NCBI GenBank assembly: GCA_965116875.1 | Contig: OZ220733.1 | Span: 1,824,001 to 1,888,000, forward strand | DNA: 64,000 bases | DNA from: Candidatus Latescibacterota bacterium | Lineage (GTDB): Bacteria > Latescibacterota > UBA2968 > GCA-2709665 | Direction of reading: 5' to 3' | Shown here: in pieces, positions 22,464-33,500 of the stretch | How positions within the stretch are numbered: the stretch's first letter is position 1 | Layout of the letters: each line of letters begins with the position of its first letter | Program-made: the position numbers and the translations under genes | The notes under the pieces: model-generated | Databases searched by the model: none | Seen by the model: only the letters and a program-made list of their open reading frames with translations | Told to the model about the DNA's origin: nothing

Positions 22464-23030
22464 TCCGGCTCACGTCTCACCAGGTGGTTGGGCGGAGTGT
22501 GGTCCTCTCCCCTCTCCCGTCTTCCGTCTCCCCGCTTTTAAGGAACACGCCGTAGGCATAAACGGGATCTGTGTGGCCTGCCGACCCTTCAGCAGTGCCA
22601 GTGCAAATGCGCTGGACGGATTGGCACGGAAAAACCCCCCGTACCCCCCCGTCGCCGGCTGTGAAATGCATTGATTGAGCGAAACCCGCCTTTTCTCCCT
22701 CTTTCCTTTAGGAGAGAGGGCCGGGGAGAGTGGTCTGCGCCATTCGCGGTCGTCCGTGCAATAGCGCTAACGTCCCTAATTCGGTTTTTGGTTTTCGCTG
22801 AAAGCTAACGGCTGATCGCGAATTCCTTTTTTTAGTGAGGCGCATACACACACTTGCGTGTGTGTATATAGGTTATAAACTATTGTTTATTAAAAGGTTT
22901 ATGAAATTCAATTGAATCTGAAAAATAAGAGCGGATGGCGTCCGGGAAGAGCGGGAACGACGAGGTCTGACGGGAGTCGAGAGGCATTCGGACCCGCCGG
23001 GAACGCGCCGGGTTTTCGACGTCCGAGCGG

Positions 23031-23888
23031 TCAGCCCGAGACAACCGGATTCTCGAGTCTTCCGATACCGTCGATTTCGCAGACAACGGTGTCGCCGGCC
23101 CTGAGCCAGAGTTGCGGATCGCGGGCCATTCCGACTCCCGGCGGGGTTCCTGTAAAGATCAGGTCGCCGGGCTGCAGGGTGACGACCCGGGACAGATAGG
23201 CGATCAACTGGTCGACCCTGAAAATCAATTGCGCCGTGTTCGAGTCCTGTACGATTTCTCCGTTCAGGATACAGCGAATGCCCAGATTGTGCGGATCTTC
23301 AATCTCGTCGGGCGTGACGAGTTCCGGGCCCAGCGGCGCGAAGGTGTCGAAGGTCTTGCCGAGCAGCCATTGACCGCCGGGTTTCTCGAGCTGGAAGTCC
23401 CGCGCGCTTACGTCGTGACCCACGGTATAGCCCGCCACGTGGTCCAATGCGTCGGACTCCGGAATATCCTTACCCGACGTTCCGATGACGACAACGAGTT
23501 CGACCTCGTAGTCGACGGACTGCGTGATCGAAGGGAGCCGGATCGCATCGCCGGGACCGATAATGGTGGAAGAGAACTTGGAGAATACCACCGGCTCCGA
23601 TGGAATGGGCATATTGCTTTCGGCCGCGTGGTCCGCGTAGTTGAGGCCGATGCAGAGGACCTTATCCGGTTTCCCGATGGGCGCCGACACGTGGACGTCG
23701 CCTGCGTGGATGCCTTCGCCGCGCTCTGCCGCCTCTTCCGCCGCGGCCAGCGCATCCGGACCCGCTTCGAGCAGACGTACGAGATCCGGCGGAACGTCCG
23801 GATCGACGCGGCTCACGTCCACGATCGAGTCACCCGATCGGACGCCGACGCGTTGCGAGCCCTGATATTCAAAAGTGAGCAGTCGCAT
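23031..23888 (-). CDS. Fumarylacetoacetate hydrolase family protein
   Basis: CIGLNYADH, DYEVEL, DVSARD, GKTFDTF, GDLIFTGTPPGVG. Confidence 0.93.
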   Translation of the reverse strand: MRLLTFEYQGSQRVGVRSGDSIVDVSRVDPDVPPDLVRLLEAGPDALAAAEEAAERGEGIHAGDVHVSAPIGKPDKVLCIGLNYADHAAESNMPIPSEPVVFSKFSSTIIGPGDAIRLPSITQSVDYEVELVVVIGTSGKDIPESDALDHVAGYTVGHDVSARDFQLEKPGGQWLLGKTFDTFAPLGPELVTPDEIEDPHNLGIRCILNGEIVQDSNTAQLIFRVDQLIAYLSRVVTLQPGDLIFTGTPPGVGMARDPQLWLRAGDTVVCEIDGIGRLENPVVSG

Positions 23889-24044
23889 AAGTTGGATACC
23901 CTCTTATTTTGGGATTACGATATCCTGCCGAACAGGGTGCGAAGAATAACATGCCGGCCGACTCCTGTCAAGGGATAAGGACGACGAAGCAGTCGTTCGC
24001 ACGCATCGGCGGGGGTCGACCACCGGAGTCGGATTCGGTATCTG

Positions 24045-24185
24045 ACGCATTCACAATTCACACTGTGGATAAACTGGGCGGCCGCTGGTGTTGATAAATA
24101 AACATTTGTTATTTTTTAATTTAAGTGAATTAATTCACAGTCATCCACCGCCGAAACCGCGATATGTGGAAAACATCGGGATAAC
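24045..24185. promoter_or_regulatory. Second DnaA-box cluster with AT-rich core
   Basis: TGTGGATAA (24064), TGTGGAAAA (24165), near-matches TGTTGATAA (24089) and TAATTCACA (24131). Confidence 0.65.
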
Positions 24186-24347
24186 TACGAATGCGTCGAG
24201 CGCGCCTCCTGTCGACGGACGGAAACCGGTCGATCCCCGGCGCGTCCGGGATGGAAGATTTCTCTTGCTACCCCCCTGCGATTACTCTATATTTCGGAAA
24301 TTCAGCAAAGGGCTCATTTAAGCCCTGAAAGCGGGTATTTGCGGTCT

Positions 24348-24675
24348 AACAGCCCGTTGAAAAAGCCCATCCGGGCTACGGCCGGCCCTTGCGGTCGAAA
24401 TACTGCGTTGCGCTCCCTCGCCGAATCGCAGGATGGGACTCGGTCGCGCGCCTTGTCTTCGACCACAATGGCAAGTGTTCCGACCCGGAAATAGATTGCC
24501 GAAATTCGACCGCCGAGTCGCCCGGCTGGCAAGGCGCCTGAGCAAGGAGACCTGTCCGTGGTCGCCGAGTGAAGGCAACGCCGCCAGACGGGATGAATCG
24601 GCGGATGAATGGTGACATATTTCCGGGACGGGACACCAAGCCTCGCCTGCAGAGCGACTTTCTCAACGGACTGCT
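24348..24675. mobile_element. MITE family A, longest copy (328 bp)
   Basis: Imperfect terminal inverted repeats AACAGCCCGTTGAAAAAGCC / GACTTTCTCAACGGACTGCT; no transposase. Confidence 0.7.
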
Positions 24676-24692
24676 ATGGAGAATGCCGGCTC

Positions 24693-25274
24693 GTGATCGA
24701 AAAGGTCAAAGACGACGTCGCCGAATTGCTTGAACCGTCCACGCAGTATCTTGTCAAGAAGCGGTTCCGGCCGAATGCGCTTACCCTGGTCGGGTTCCTC
24801 CTGAACCTGGTTGCGGCGGTGCTTTTCGGATTCGAATACCTGCGGTGGGCGGGTCTGACAGTGCTGCTTGCCGGAGTGTTCGATTTTCTGGATGGACAGG
24901 TGGCTCGCGTGGGGCGGAGCGAAACCACGTTCGGGGCGCTCCTGGATTCCACGGTAGACCGGTATTCGGAAATCGTCATCTGGTTCGGCGTGGCGGTCAG
25001 CTTCATACGGTCGGACTCCCTGTGGACCACCTCCGCCGTGTTTTTTGCGCTGGCCGGCTCGTTGATGGTGAGCTATATCCGGGCGCGCGTCGAAGGTCTG
25101 GGCGAGGAGTGCAAGGTCGGTTTCATGCAGCGGCCGGAACGGGTCATCGCCATCGGCGTGGGGGCATTGGTAGGAGAAATCGGTCTTACGATAGCGATCT
25201 GGGCCATTGCGTTTCTGTCCAACTATACCGCCCTGCACAGGGTGTTGTATTTCCGCAAACGGTCCCGGGATTGA
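24693..25274 (+). CDS. CDP-alcohol phosphatidyltransferase family protein
   Basis: PNALT and signature DFLDGQVAR...FGALLDSTVDRY; SYIRAR. Confidence 0.92.
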   Translation: MIEKVKDDVAELLEPSTQYLVKKRFRPNALTLVGFLLNLVAAVLFGFEYLRWAGLTVLLAGVFDFLDGQVARVGRSETTFGALLDSTVDRYSEIVIWFGVAVSFIRSDSLWTTSAVFFALAGSLMVSYIRARVEGLGEECKVGFMQRPERVIAIGVGALVGEIGLTIAIWAIAFLSNYTALHRVLYFRKRSRD

Positions 25275-25460
25275 CGGGATGACTGTCAGCATTCGACTGA
25301 ACTGAAGACAGGCGACTGGCTTTACATGCCAAGAGAGAAGGCGCACCGCGGTGCGCCGTTTTTGTTGGAATCGCCAGAGGAATTCCGGGAGAGAAACGGA
25401 TATGTGTTTTCTGCCGGTTTTTTATATTCTCGCTCTAGCCGCACCGGATGGAGGCAGGGG

Positions 25461-26321
25461 TTGGCATCAGAAGAAAAGAGATCGAACCTCGCGTTGTTCA
25501 CGGACCTGGACGGGACGCTGCTGCAGAGCGATCGAAAGGCCAGCGCACGAAGCCTGAAAACGCTGAGGGCGCTGGGCAGAAAGGGCATCTGGCGGACGGT
25601 GGTCACCGGCAGGTCCCACATGTCGGCCCGGACCGTTCTGAGCGACACGTTTCCGATCGATTTTCTGATCACGTCGTCCGGCGTTGGAATTTTCGACTTC
25701 CGGGACCAGACGCTTGTGGAGTCCCATTCTCTCTCCGCCGGAGTCGTGCGTCGCGTTACCGGGTATCTGATCGACGGCGGATACGACTTCATGGTCCATG
25801 CGCCTGTTCCCGATAATCACACGTTCGAGTACTGGGAACAGAACGAGCACAATCCCGATTTCCTGCGCAGGCGTCAAAACAGCGCGGAACATTGTCGCCG
25901 GTTGAATCCCGGCTGCCCGGAGAACGGCCGCGCTTCGCAGTTTGTTGTGGTCTGTCCGGCGGATGCGGACCCCTGGCGCACTCACGACGCGCTCTCGAAC
26001 GCCCTGGAGGACCTGTCGGTGATCCGGACCACGTCGCCTTCGGACCACCAGTCCACCTGGTTTGAGATATTTCCGAAGCAGGTATCCAAGGCCCGGTCCG
26101 CGGCCAGGTTGTGCGAACGCCTGGGGGTGGACGGCGGCCGGTCTGCAGCCGTCGGCAACGACTACAACGACTCGGACATGCTGCAGTGGTGCGGTTTTCC
26201 GTTTGTCGTCCGAAACGCCCCGGAACCCCTGCGAGCGCGGTATCCGGTGGTGTCCGACCACAACGCGGACGGCTTCTCGGAGGCGGTTCAACGGTGGCTC
26301 GACGGCATAGAGCAGGGTTAG
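25461..26321 (+). CDS. Cof-type HAD hydrolase
   Basis: DLDGTLL, TGR, SKA, GNDYNDSDML; start approximate. Confidence 0.88.
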   Translation: MASEEKRSNLALFTDLDGTLLQSDRKASARSLKTLRALGRKGIWRTVVTGRSHMSARTVLSDTFPIDFLITSSGVGIFDFRDQTLVESHSLSAGVVRRVTGYLIDGGYDFMVHAPVPDNHTFEYWEQNEHNPDFLRRRQNSAEHCRRLNPGCPENGRASQFVVVCPADADPWRTHDALSNALEDLSVIRTTSPSDHQSTWFEIFPKQVSKARSAARLCERLGVDGGRSAAVGNDYNDSDMLQWCGFPFVVRNAPEPLRARYPVVSDHNADGFSEAVQRWLDGIEQG

Positions 26322-26337
26322 GAATCAACATTATTCT

Positions 26338-26377
26338 CACACAAAGGCACAAAGGCACGAAGGCACGAAGGCACGAA
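26338..26377. repeat. Octamer tandem repeat (CACRAAGG) x ~5
   Basis: cacaaagg cacaaagg cacgaagg cacgaagg cacgaaga. Confidence 0.85.
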
Positions 26378-26447
26378 GAAAACCATTCGATAGTCAAATG
26401 ATCGTTCCCCACGTTTCATCTTGGACCACGATTGAACGGAACAAGCC

Positions 26448-28844
26448 ATGCCTGTAGAACTCACAAAAGCCGACCTCGAAGCCGCGCTGCCGGATGTGAC
26501 CTCCACGCTGCGCCTGCCAGGGCTGATCGACGCCGTTACGATCTATCGGGACCGGTGGGGCATACCGCACATTCGGGCCGGGAACGAACACGACGTCTTC
26601 TTCGCGCAGGGTTTCGCAACAGCCCAGGACCGGCTCTGGCATATGGACTACGACCGGTACCGGGCGCTGGGCCGTTGGGCGGAAATCGCCGGCCGGGACG
26701 GCGTTGACCAGGACCGGTTGTTGCGAACGGCGGGAATGGGACGCACGGCGCGGCTGGACTACGAGGCGGCGGGCGCCGAGGCGAAGGCGATGGTGGACGC
26801 CTACACCGCGGGCGTGAACGCGTTCATGGAAACAGCGCCGGCGTATCCGATCGAATACAAACTCCTGGACATGTCGCCCGAACCGTGGGAAAACTGGCAC
26901 TGTATTGCCGTCTACAAGATGCGCAATACCCTGCTGGGAACGTTCGAGCCGAAACTGTTCCGTACGCGTCTGGCCCTCAGAATCGGCCCTGAGAACGCAG
27001 CGCGCGTCATCAAGGGGTATCCCGGCGGCCATCTGCTCACCGTACCCCCCGGCGAGGTGTATCGGGGGCCCGACGTAGACGGGCTGGACGAACTCACCAG
27101 GGCGCTGGAGGACGTCAACTGGCTGAAGGAGGCGGACGCCGGTTCCAACGCCTGGTCGATTTCGGGGGAACGTACCCGATCGGGGATGCCGCTGATGGGT
27201 GGAGATTCTCACAGGGCTCTGGATACGCCGAGCGTCTACTATCAGGCCCACCTCTCCTGCCCCGAATTTTCGATTGTCGGCTCCTCGATACCCGGGGTGC
27301 CCGGGATCCTGCACTTCTGCCACAACGAGCACGTGGGCTGGGGAATGACCTACGGGAATGCCGACACGCAGGACCTCTTCGTGGAGCGCTTCCGGGACAG
27401 GGCCGGCCGGCGGGAGTATGCATTCGGGGACGCGTGGAGACAGGCTGTAGTCCTGCGTGAGACAATCGAAGTACGGAACGCCGAGGCGGTAGAAATCGAA
27501 GTGACGATCACGCATCACGGCCCTGTGATCGCTGGCGAACCCGATGCCGGATACGGAATTGCGATCAGCGATCCAGGCCTCATCGACGGCACCCCGTGGC
27601 TGGACGCCGCAAGGGAGGCGATGTTCTCGACCACCGTCGAGGAACTGCACGGCGCATTCGAGAAATGGACCGACCGGGTGAACAACTATGCGGTTGTGGA
27701 CGTCCAGGGCGGTTTCGGATATCTGCACGAGGGAAAGATACCCATACGCACCGAGGCCAATGGATGGCGGGCGGTACCGGGGTGGACCGGGGAATACGAG
27801 TGGGAGGGGTATATCCCTCATGGCGACCTGCCCCGGGCGATCTCTCCGCAGGCCGGGTACGCGGTGACGTGCAACCAGCGCGTGGCAGGACACGAGTATC
27901 CGTACTACGTCGGGCTGTATTTCAGTCCCGAATATCGGGCCAGAAGACTTCAACTGGACATACTGGATCTGAAACCGGGGACGGCAACCGTGGAGGATAT
28001 GGCGCGCATGCACGCCGACAGGACCTCCATTCCGGCGAAGATATTTACACAGGCGCTTCTTCGGATAAAGGCGCCGGATGCGGCGTCCGGGCGGGCCCTG
28101 GCGCTCTTGCGCGAATGGGACTATCGCATGGACCGGGACCTGCCTCAGCCGACGATCTATTCGCAGACCCGCCTGTGCGCCACGCGGACCCTGGCGGAGC
28201 ACCTGCTGGGCGACATGGCGGACCCGGCGCTGGAGGGCGCCTCAGGAGCGGAAGCGCACATCCGGATGATCGTACTTGAGATGATCCTGGGCATCGAGAG
28301 GAGCGACGGGACCATGTTGCCGGAGGGGACCCGTTGGGAAGACCTTCTTGCGGAGAGTCTCAAGCAGGCCGTTGCGGACCTCAGGGAGCGCCTGGGCGAT
28401 GAAATGTCGGAGTGGCGGTGGGGCCGCGTCCACCATACCCGTCCGAAGCATCCACTGTCGCGGGTTTTTCCGAAATGCGCGCCGCTTCTGGATCCGCCCT
28501 GCCTGCCGACGCATGGGGACGGGGACGTGCCGCTGGCCGGCGGGTACGACGTGGGCGAGCCCTTCATTGCGACGGGGATGTCGGTAAACCGGTATATTCA
28601 CGATCCGTCGGACTGGAGCAATTCGTTGTGGATCGTGCCGCTGGGGGCGTCCGGCCATCCCGGAAGCGCGCATTATTCCGACCAGGCGCGACTCTGGGCC
28701 GACGTGGGATATATCCCGCAACTGTGGGACTGGGAGACCATTGCCTCGGAGGCGGAGACACGACAGGTTCTGGAGCCGGACGAGGGCGCGGGGTGTCGAG
28801 CTACGACAGTGTCCGGGCGCCCACAAGGGACGCCCCTACATTAA
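26448..28844 (+). CDS. Penicillin/AHL acylase family Ntn hydrolase (peptidase S45)
   Basis: RDRWGIPHI, AQDRLW, nucleophile context GSNAW, THHGP, GASGHPGSAHYSDQ. Confidence 0.92.
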   Translation: MPVELTKADLEAALPDVTSTLRLPGLIDAVTIYRDRWGIPHIRAGNEHDVFFAQGFATAQDRLWHMDYDRYRALGRWAEIAGRDGVDQDRLLRTAGMGRTARLDYEAAGAEAKAMVDAYTAGVNAFMETAPAYPIEYKLLDMSPEPWENWHCIAVYKMRNTLLGTFEPKLFRTRLALRIGPENAARVIKGYPGGHLLTVPPGEVYRGPDVDGLDELTRALEDVNWLKEADAGSNAWSISGERTRSGMPLMGGDSHRALDTPSVYYQAHLSCPEFSIVGSSIPGVPGILHFCHNEHVGWGMTYGNADTQDLFVERFRDRAGRREYAFGDAWRQAVVLRETIEVRNAEAVEIEVTITHHGPVIAGEPDAGYGIAISDPGLIDGTPWLDAAREAMFSTTVEELHGAFEKWTDRVNNYAVVDVQGGFGYLHEGKIPIRTEANGWRAVPGWTGEYEWEGYIPHGDLPRAISPQAGYAVTCNQRVAGHEYPYYVGLYFSPEYRARRLQLDILDLKPGTATVEDMARMHADRTSIPAKIFTQALLRIKAPDAASGRALALLREWDYRMDRDLPQPTIYSQTRLCATRTLAEHLLGDMADPALEGASGAEAHIRMIVLEMILGIERSDGTMLPEGTRWEDLLAESLKQAVADLRERLGDEMSEWRWGRVHHTRPKHPLSRVFPKCAPLLDPPCLPTHGDGDVPLAGGYDVGEPFIATGMSVNRYIHDPSDWSNSLWIVPLGASGHPGSAHYSDQARLWADVGYIPQLWDWETIASEAETRQVLEPDEGAGCRATTVSGRPQGTPLH

Positions 28845-28919
28845 CCAAACAACCGCAAATCGATCTGCCTGGGTTACGCGCCGACCTTGCACTTGTAGGG
28901 GCGTCCCTTGTGGGCGCCC
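28815..28919. repeat. REPIN-like inverted REP pair
   Basis: GGGCGCCCACAAGGGACGCCCCTAC, 55-bp spacer, then its exact reverse complement. Confidence 0.88.
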
Positions 28920-28957
28920 GGCTGACGGCTGAATCCTTTTCTATAAGGAGAGGCGAA

Positions 28958-29293
28958 ATGGTACAAATCGTCAAACCGGACCAGAGGGACATGAAGCTGT
29001 ACGATGCGCCCGGCGCGAAGGTACACGTATCCGATCCGATCCTCGGCAAGGACGACTGCCTCGCCGCGGGATTCACGGAATACCTCGAACCCAGCCGGCT
29101 GGAATGGACCTTCGACTACAACGAGGTTTTCTTCATGCTGAAGGGTGGGCTGGAAGTCCACGCCGAAGGACAGGAGCCGGTGCGTTTCGAAGTCGGAGAT
29201 CTGGGCTATATAGAGAAGGGAACGTCAACCGTGATCACGGTTCCGGAGGGCGCGCTGCTGCTGCATGTCACACAGCCGGCGTGGCGGGAATAG
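28958..29293 (+). CDS. Small cupin (EutQ-like)
   Basis: AAGGAGAGG RBS; WTFDYNEVFFMLKGGLEV...GDLGYIEKG; the upstream extension in the ORF track overlaps the acylase and REP. Confidence 0.75.
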   Translation: MVQIVKPDQRDMKLYDAPGAKVHVSDPILGKDDCLAAGFTEYLEPSRLEWTFDYNEVFFMLKGGLEVHAEGQEPVRFEVGDLGYIEKGTSTVITVPEGALLLHVTQPAWRE

Positions 29294-29324
29294 GAAAGAA
29301 CCAGGGTGTCATTCAACGGAGCGT

Positions 29325-30386
29325 TCAATTGAACCCGGGTGCGACGTGTTCGGAGAACATGCGCAGGGACTTGCAGACCAGATCGGGATGCAGGTCTCCA
29401 ATGCGGGTCCAGCCCATAAAGTTCTGTAGCCCGGTGTGTTTCCGGATCCAGCCGATTTTGTCGGCCACGAAGTCCGGATCGCCTACGATGGCGTGTTCGG
29501 CCAGGATTTCGTCGAAGCTGATATTCGAGAATTTCTGCTTCAGTTCCTGGTAGAATTCCATCTGGCCGGGAGGCGCGATCTCCGGCGGGGGCGCGATCAC
29601 CTCGGCGAGCAGGGTGCGGAAATACCACATGAGCTGATCGTGACACTCCTCTCGGGCCTTATCGGTGGTTTCGGCGACGTATAGAAACCTCGCAAGGGGG
29701 AAGTCCAGCTTGCCGGAGAGCCCGCACGCGTCCGCCGTCTTGTGGTACGCCTCGTATAACTCGAAAACCTGATCGTAGGGATGCAGGAACGAGGTCAGGA
29801 CGTTGTAGCCGTTTTTGATGACCCATTCGTACGTTGAGGGACTCACCGCCGCGACGTAAACCGGTGGATGCGGCTGTTGTACCGGCTTCGGGATGACGTT
29901 GACTTTCCGGACCTTGTGGAATTTGCCGTCGTATTCCACGGGGCCGGTCCAGGCTTTCAGGATGATTTCCAGTTCTTCCTGAAAGCGTTCGCGGCTTTCC
30001 TCCGGATCGATGCCCCAGTTGTGAAACTCCTCCAGCTGGTAGCCGCGCCCCACGCCGAAGAGGAGCCTCCCTCTGGACATGATATCCACGGTAGCGAAGT
30101 CTTCCGCGACGATGACAGGGTTATGGAAGGGCAGCACGATGACCGCCGTACCGATTTTGATACGCTCGGTAATGGCGGACGCGTACGCGGCCATGGTGTG
30201 GATGGACGGGGTAATCGAATAGTAGTTGGCGCCCGGCGCCTTGTGGTCGAAGTGATGTTCGGCCAGCCAGATGGCGTCCCAGCCCAGTTCGTCCATGAGC
30301 CTGAACTGCTCGAACGCTTCGTGGTAGACCTCTGCGTGGTCTTTTCCGGGCGGGGTCTCCAGCAGGTAGAATTGGCCGAATTGCAT
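29325..30386 (-). CDS. LLM-class (luciferase-like) flavin-dependent oxidoreductase
   Basis: IWLAEHHF, AEDFATVDIMSRGRLLFGVGRGY, PKPVQQPHPP; ATG after AGGAG. Confidence 0.92.
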   Translation of the reverse strand: MQFGQFYLLETPPGKDHAEVYHEAFEQFRLMDELGWDAIWLAEHHFDHKAPGANYYSITPSIHTMAAYASAITERIKIGTAVIVLPFHNPVIVAEDFATVDIMSRGRLLFGVGRGYQLEEFHNWGIDPEESRERFQEELEIILKAWTGPVEYDGKFHKVRKVNVIPKPVQQPHPPVYVAAVSPSTYEWVIKNGYNVLTSFLHPYDQVFELYEAYHKTADACGLSGKLDFPLARFLYVAETTDKAREECHDQLMWYFRTLLAEVIAPPPEIAPPGQMEFYQELKQKFSNISFDEILAEHAIVGDPDFVADKIGWIRKHTGLQNFMGWTRIGDLHPDLVCKSLRMFSEHVAPGFN

Positions 30387-30570
30387 CGAAGATCTCCTGA
30401 ATTTTCGTGACTCGCTACCGGTTTTCAACGGGCTGTTAAGGTAAAGATCGGCCCGTTGATGTCAAGCGGTTTTCCGGGTCGATGGCGGACGATGGAACGC
30501 CTTCGAGGGAGTGGATTTTGCCCGTCGTTCGCGGTGCAGACCGATGTTTCCTCAAGGTACACGGGAGATT

Positions 30571-33500
30571 GTGATGACTTTGAATCGAATCGGCGCCGGC
30601 AGGCTTTTGCTGTTCGGAGTCCTGTTGGCCGGATGTGCTTCGAAGCGAAACGAGTCCCGGACGATCACCTACTCGCCTGAGACGGCCAGGCTGGTCAGCC
30701 ACGTGACGTCCGACCTCATCCGCGCGGGAGACCTCATTCGCGTACGATTCGTGTCGCCTGTCGTACCGGGTGACCGGGTCGGGCAGAGCCCCGGGAAGAC
30801 CGTGTTCACGTTCGCACCGCGCATCGCCGGGACCGCCCGCTGGGGGGACCGGCGCACCCTTCTCTTTCAACCGGATGCTCCGCTTCCGTTCCGGCGGCAA
30901 TACCGGGGGTCCCTGGATCTCGCCGCCCTGTTCCCGCAGCGGAGAGACCTGCGGCCGCTGGAGTTTGCGTTTCAGGTCGCCGGCCGGGAGATCGTTTCGT
31001 TGAACGCGGATTTCGAGTTGTGCGAAAAAGACGATCCGCGGCGCGTGGTCTACAAAGGGCGGGTCGTGTTCAGCGAAGAGACCTCGCTGGAACAGGTGCG
31101 CCGGGCCGGCCGGCTGTCTCTGGGCCGGGAGCCGCTCGCCATGGCGTGGAAGGCGGATGAGGAGGGGTATACCTTCGCGTTTGTCTCAGACCCCATCGCG
31201 CGGGGGACGGCCAGTCGAGAGCTCCGTTTCAGCCTCGACAGAGAGGGTTTGGAGATATCGCGGGACTACAGGGACAAAAGGACGGTGGCTCCCGTAACCG
31301 AGATGAGAATCGTCAAAGTCGAAGGGCGGGAAGATGAGCGGCAGCCAGGCCTCACGGTCGAAATGACGGACGACGTGGACCCCTACCAGGACCTCCGCGG
31401 GCTGATTGCCGTGGACCCGCCGATGGATATCAGGATCAGCGCGGCGGGCAGGAGAATCCACGTGAGCGGGGCGTTTGAGCACGGCCGGCACTATACGTTC
31501 AGGGTTTATCCCGGCATTCGCAGCAGATGGGGATCGGCGACGGCCACGGAACATACCGAAACGGTCCAGATTCCGGACCTGAAACCCCAGATTCGATTTT
31601 CCGAAGACGGGATGATTCTGCCAACGATCAACCGCCAGCGCGTGCGGTTCCGGACCGTGAACGTGAACCGGGCCAGGTTGCAGATCAAGCAGGTATTCGA
31701 CTCGAACCTGGGCCAGTTCCTGCAACGTCAGAACCTGAAAAGCGGCGCGGACCGCAGGCGGGAATTCTCCTCGTGGGAGGTCAACCGCGTTGGCGTTGGG
31801 ATTGTGGATACGGTCCTGGAGATCGGCCAGGTCCGCAACCGGTGGCTGCAACACGAACTGGACCTGAACGCACTGCTCGATCCGACCGAAAAGGGGCCGC
31901 TTCTGCTCAGTCTTAGCTATAAGCACGTTGACATGCTGTACGGCGCGCCGGGCGAGGCAGAGGAAGCGAGAAAGCAGTGGCGGTGGAACCGGGGGTTATG
32001 GGATTACCGCAGCCATCCCTTCTCGCCGGGATACATCAACACATACGGAAGGGTATTCAAGCCGGTCATCGTAGGCGATATCGGACTTACGTACAAAAAG
32101 GCGCACCGCCGGCACCTGGTCTACGCCCGGGACATCAACAGCGCGGCGCCGATGTCCGGCGTGGCGGTCACGCTGCGTACTTTCCAGAACCAGGTGGCCG
32201 GGCGGGGCGTGACCGACAGGAACGGCGCGGTGACGATTCCCGGCGGAGAGCGGGACGTCTTCTACGTCGAAGCCGAAAAAGACGGGCAGAAGAGCATCAT
32301 CAAGTGCAACGAAATGGCCTGGAACCTTTCCGCCTTCGACACCGGGGGCGCCTCGTCGCCGCCGGACGGCGTCCGGGCGTTCATTTATACCGAACGGGGC
32401 GTGTATCGACCCGGCGACGAGATCCACCTGTCACTGATTGCACGCAATTCGGAGCAGACCTTTCCGGAAAACCACCCGGTTACGCTGAAACTCTTCAACC
32501 CCAGAAATCAGCTTGTACTGGAGCGGACCGCCCGAACGGGCAGGGACGGCTTCTATGCATTCAGCTTCAGGACCGAGTCCGACGACCCCACGGGAAACTG
32601 GCGGGCGCGCCTGGAGGTGGGAAGCCGGACATTCGACCATACGGTGAAGGTTGAGACGGTGGCCCCCTACCGGCTGAAGGTCCGGATCGAACCCGAAAAG
32701 AGGAAGCTGACGCCTGATGACGAGGAACTTCGACTGGTGCTGGCGAGCAGTTATCTTTTCGGAAATCCGGCGGCGGGGCTGGGTGCCGAGGTCACGGTCG
32801 ATTTCTCACACGAGGCGCGGCAGTTCGACAGCTATCCGGGTTTCAGCTTCACCAGCGATGCCGTAACGTACAAGCCGAGTCGCACCAGCATCTTCAGGGG
32901 CAAACTCGACGCGGAAGGCCGTGCGCAGGTGCACTGGAAGCTTCCCGTATTCGGAACGGAGCCATCGGCCGTTCGTGTCCGGATCGATGCCACGGTGCTC
33001 GAGAAAGGCGGCCGCCCCAATCGCAGCCGTGAAACGCTCTCCCTGGATCCGTACGTTCGCTACGTCGGGGTGCGAAAGCCGCAGTTCGACTACGGATATG
33101 CTCGGCTGGGGTCCTCGCTGGAGATTCCGGTTGTACTGGTGAACCCTCAAGGTGAGGCGGCGCCGGGACTGCCGCTCGAGTATCGCATTTACAGAAGCAA
33201 GATGCACTGGTGGTGGGAATACGAGAGCCGCGATCAGTTTCGCCTCAAGTTTAAAACGGACGAATATACGGAACAGATCGAAAGCGGCACCCTCTTTTCA
33301 AAGACTGCGCCCGTACCACTGGTGTTTACGCCCGAGGAGCGAGGTGAGTATCTGATCGAGGTGACGGATGCGGCCGGCCATACCGCCGCGTTCTTCATGC
33401 GCGCCTATCCCTGGGGCGAAGCGCAGGCCGATCCGAAATCCGCGGGCATGCTCGCGCTCAAAACCGACAGGAAGGCCTACACCGCGGGCGATTCCGCGCT

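Noticed and set aside
22274-23030. Cobalamin riboswitch upstream of the B12-dependent mutase
   Set aside because: No B12-box recognised by eye, and the region is largely explained by repeats; an Rfam scan would settle it.
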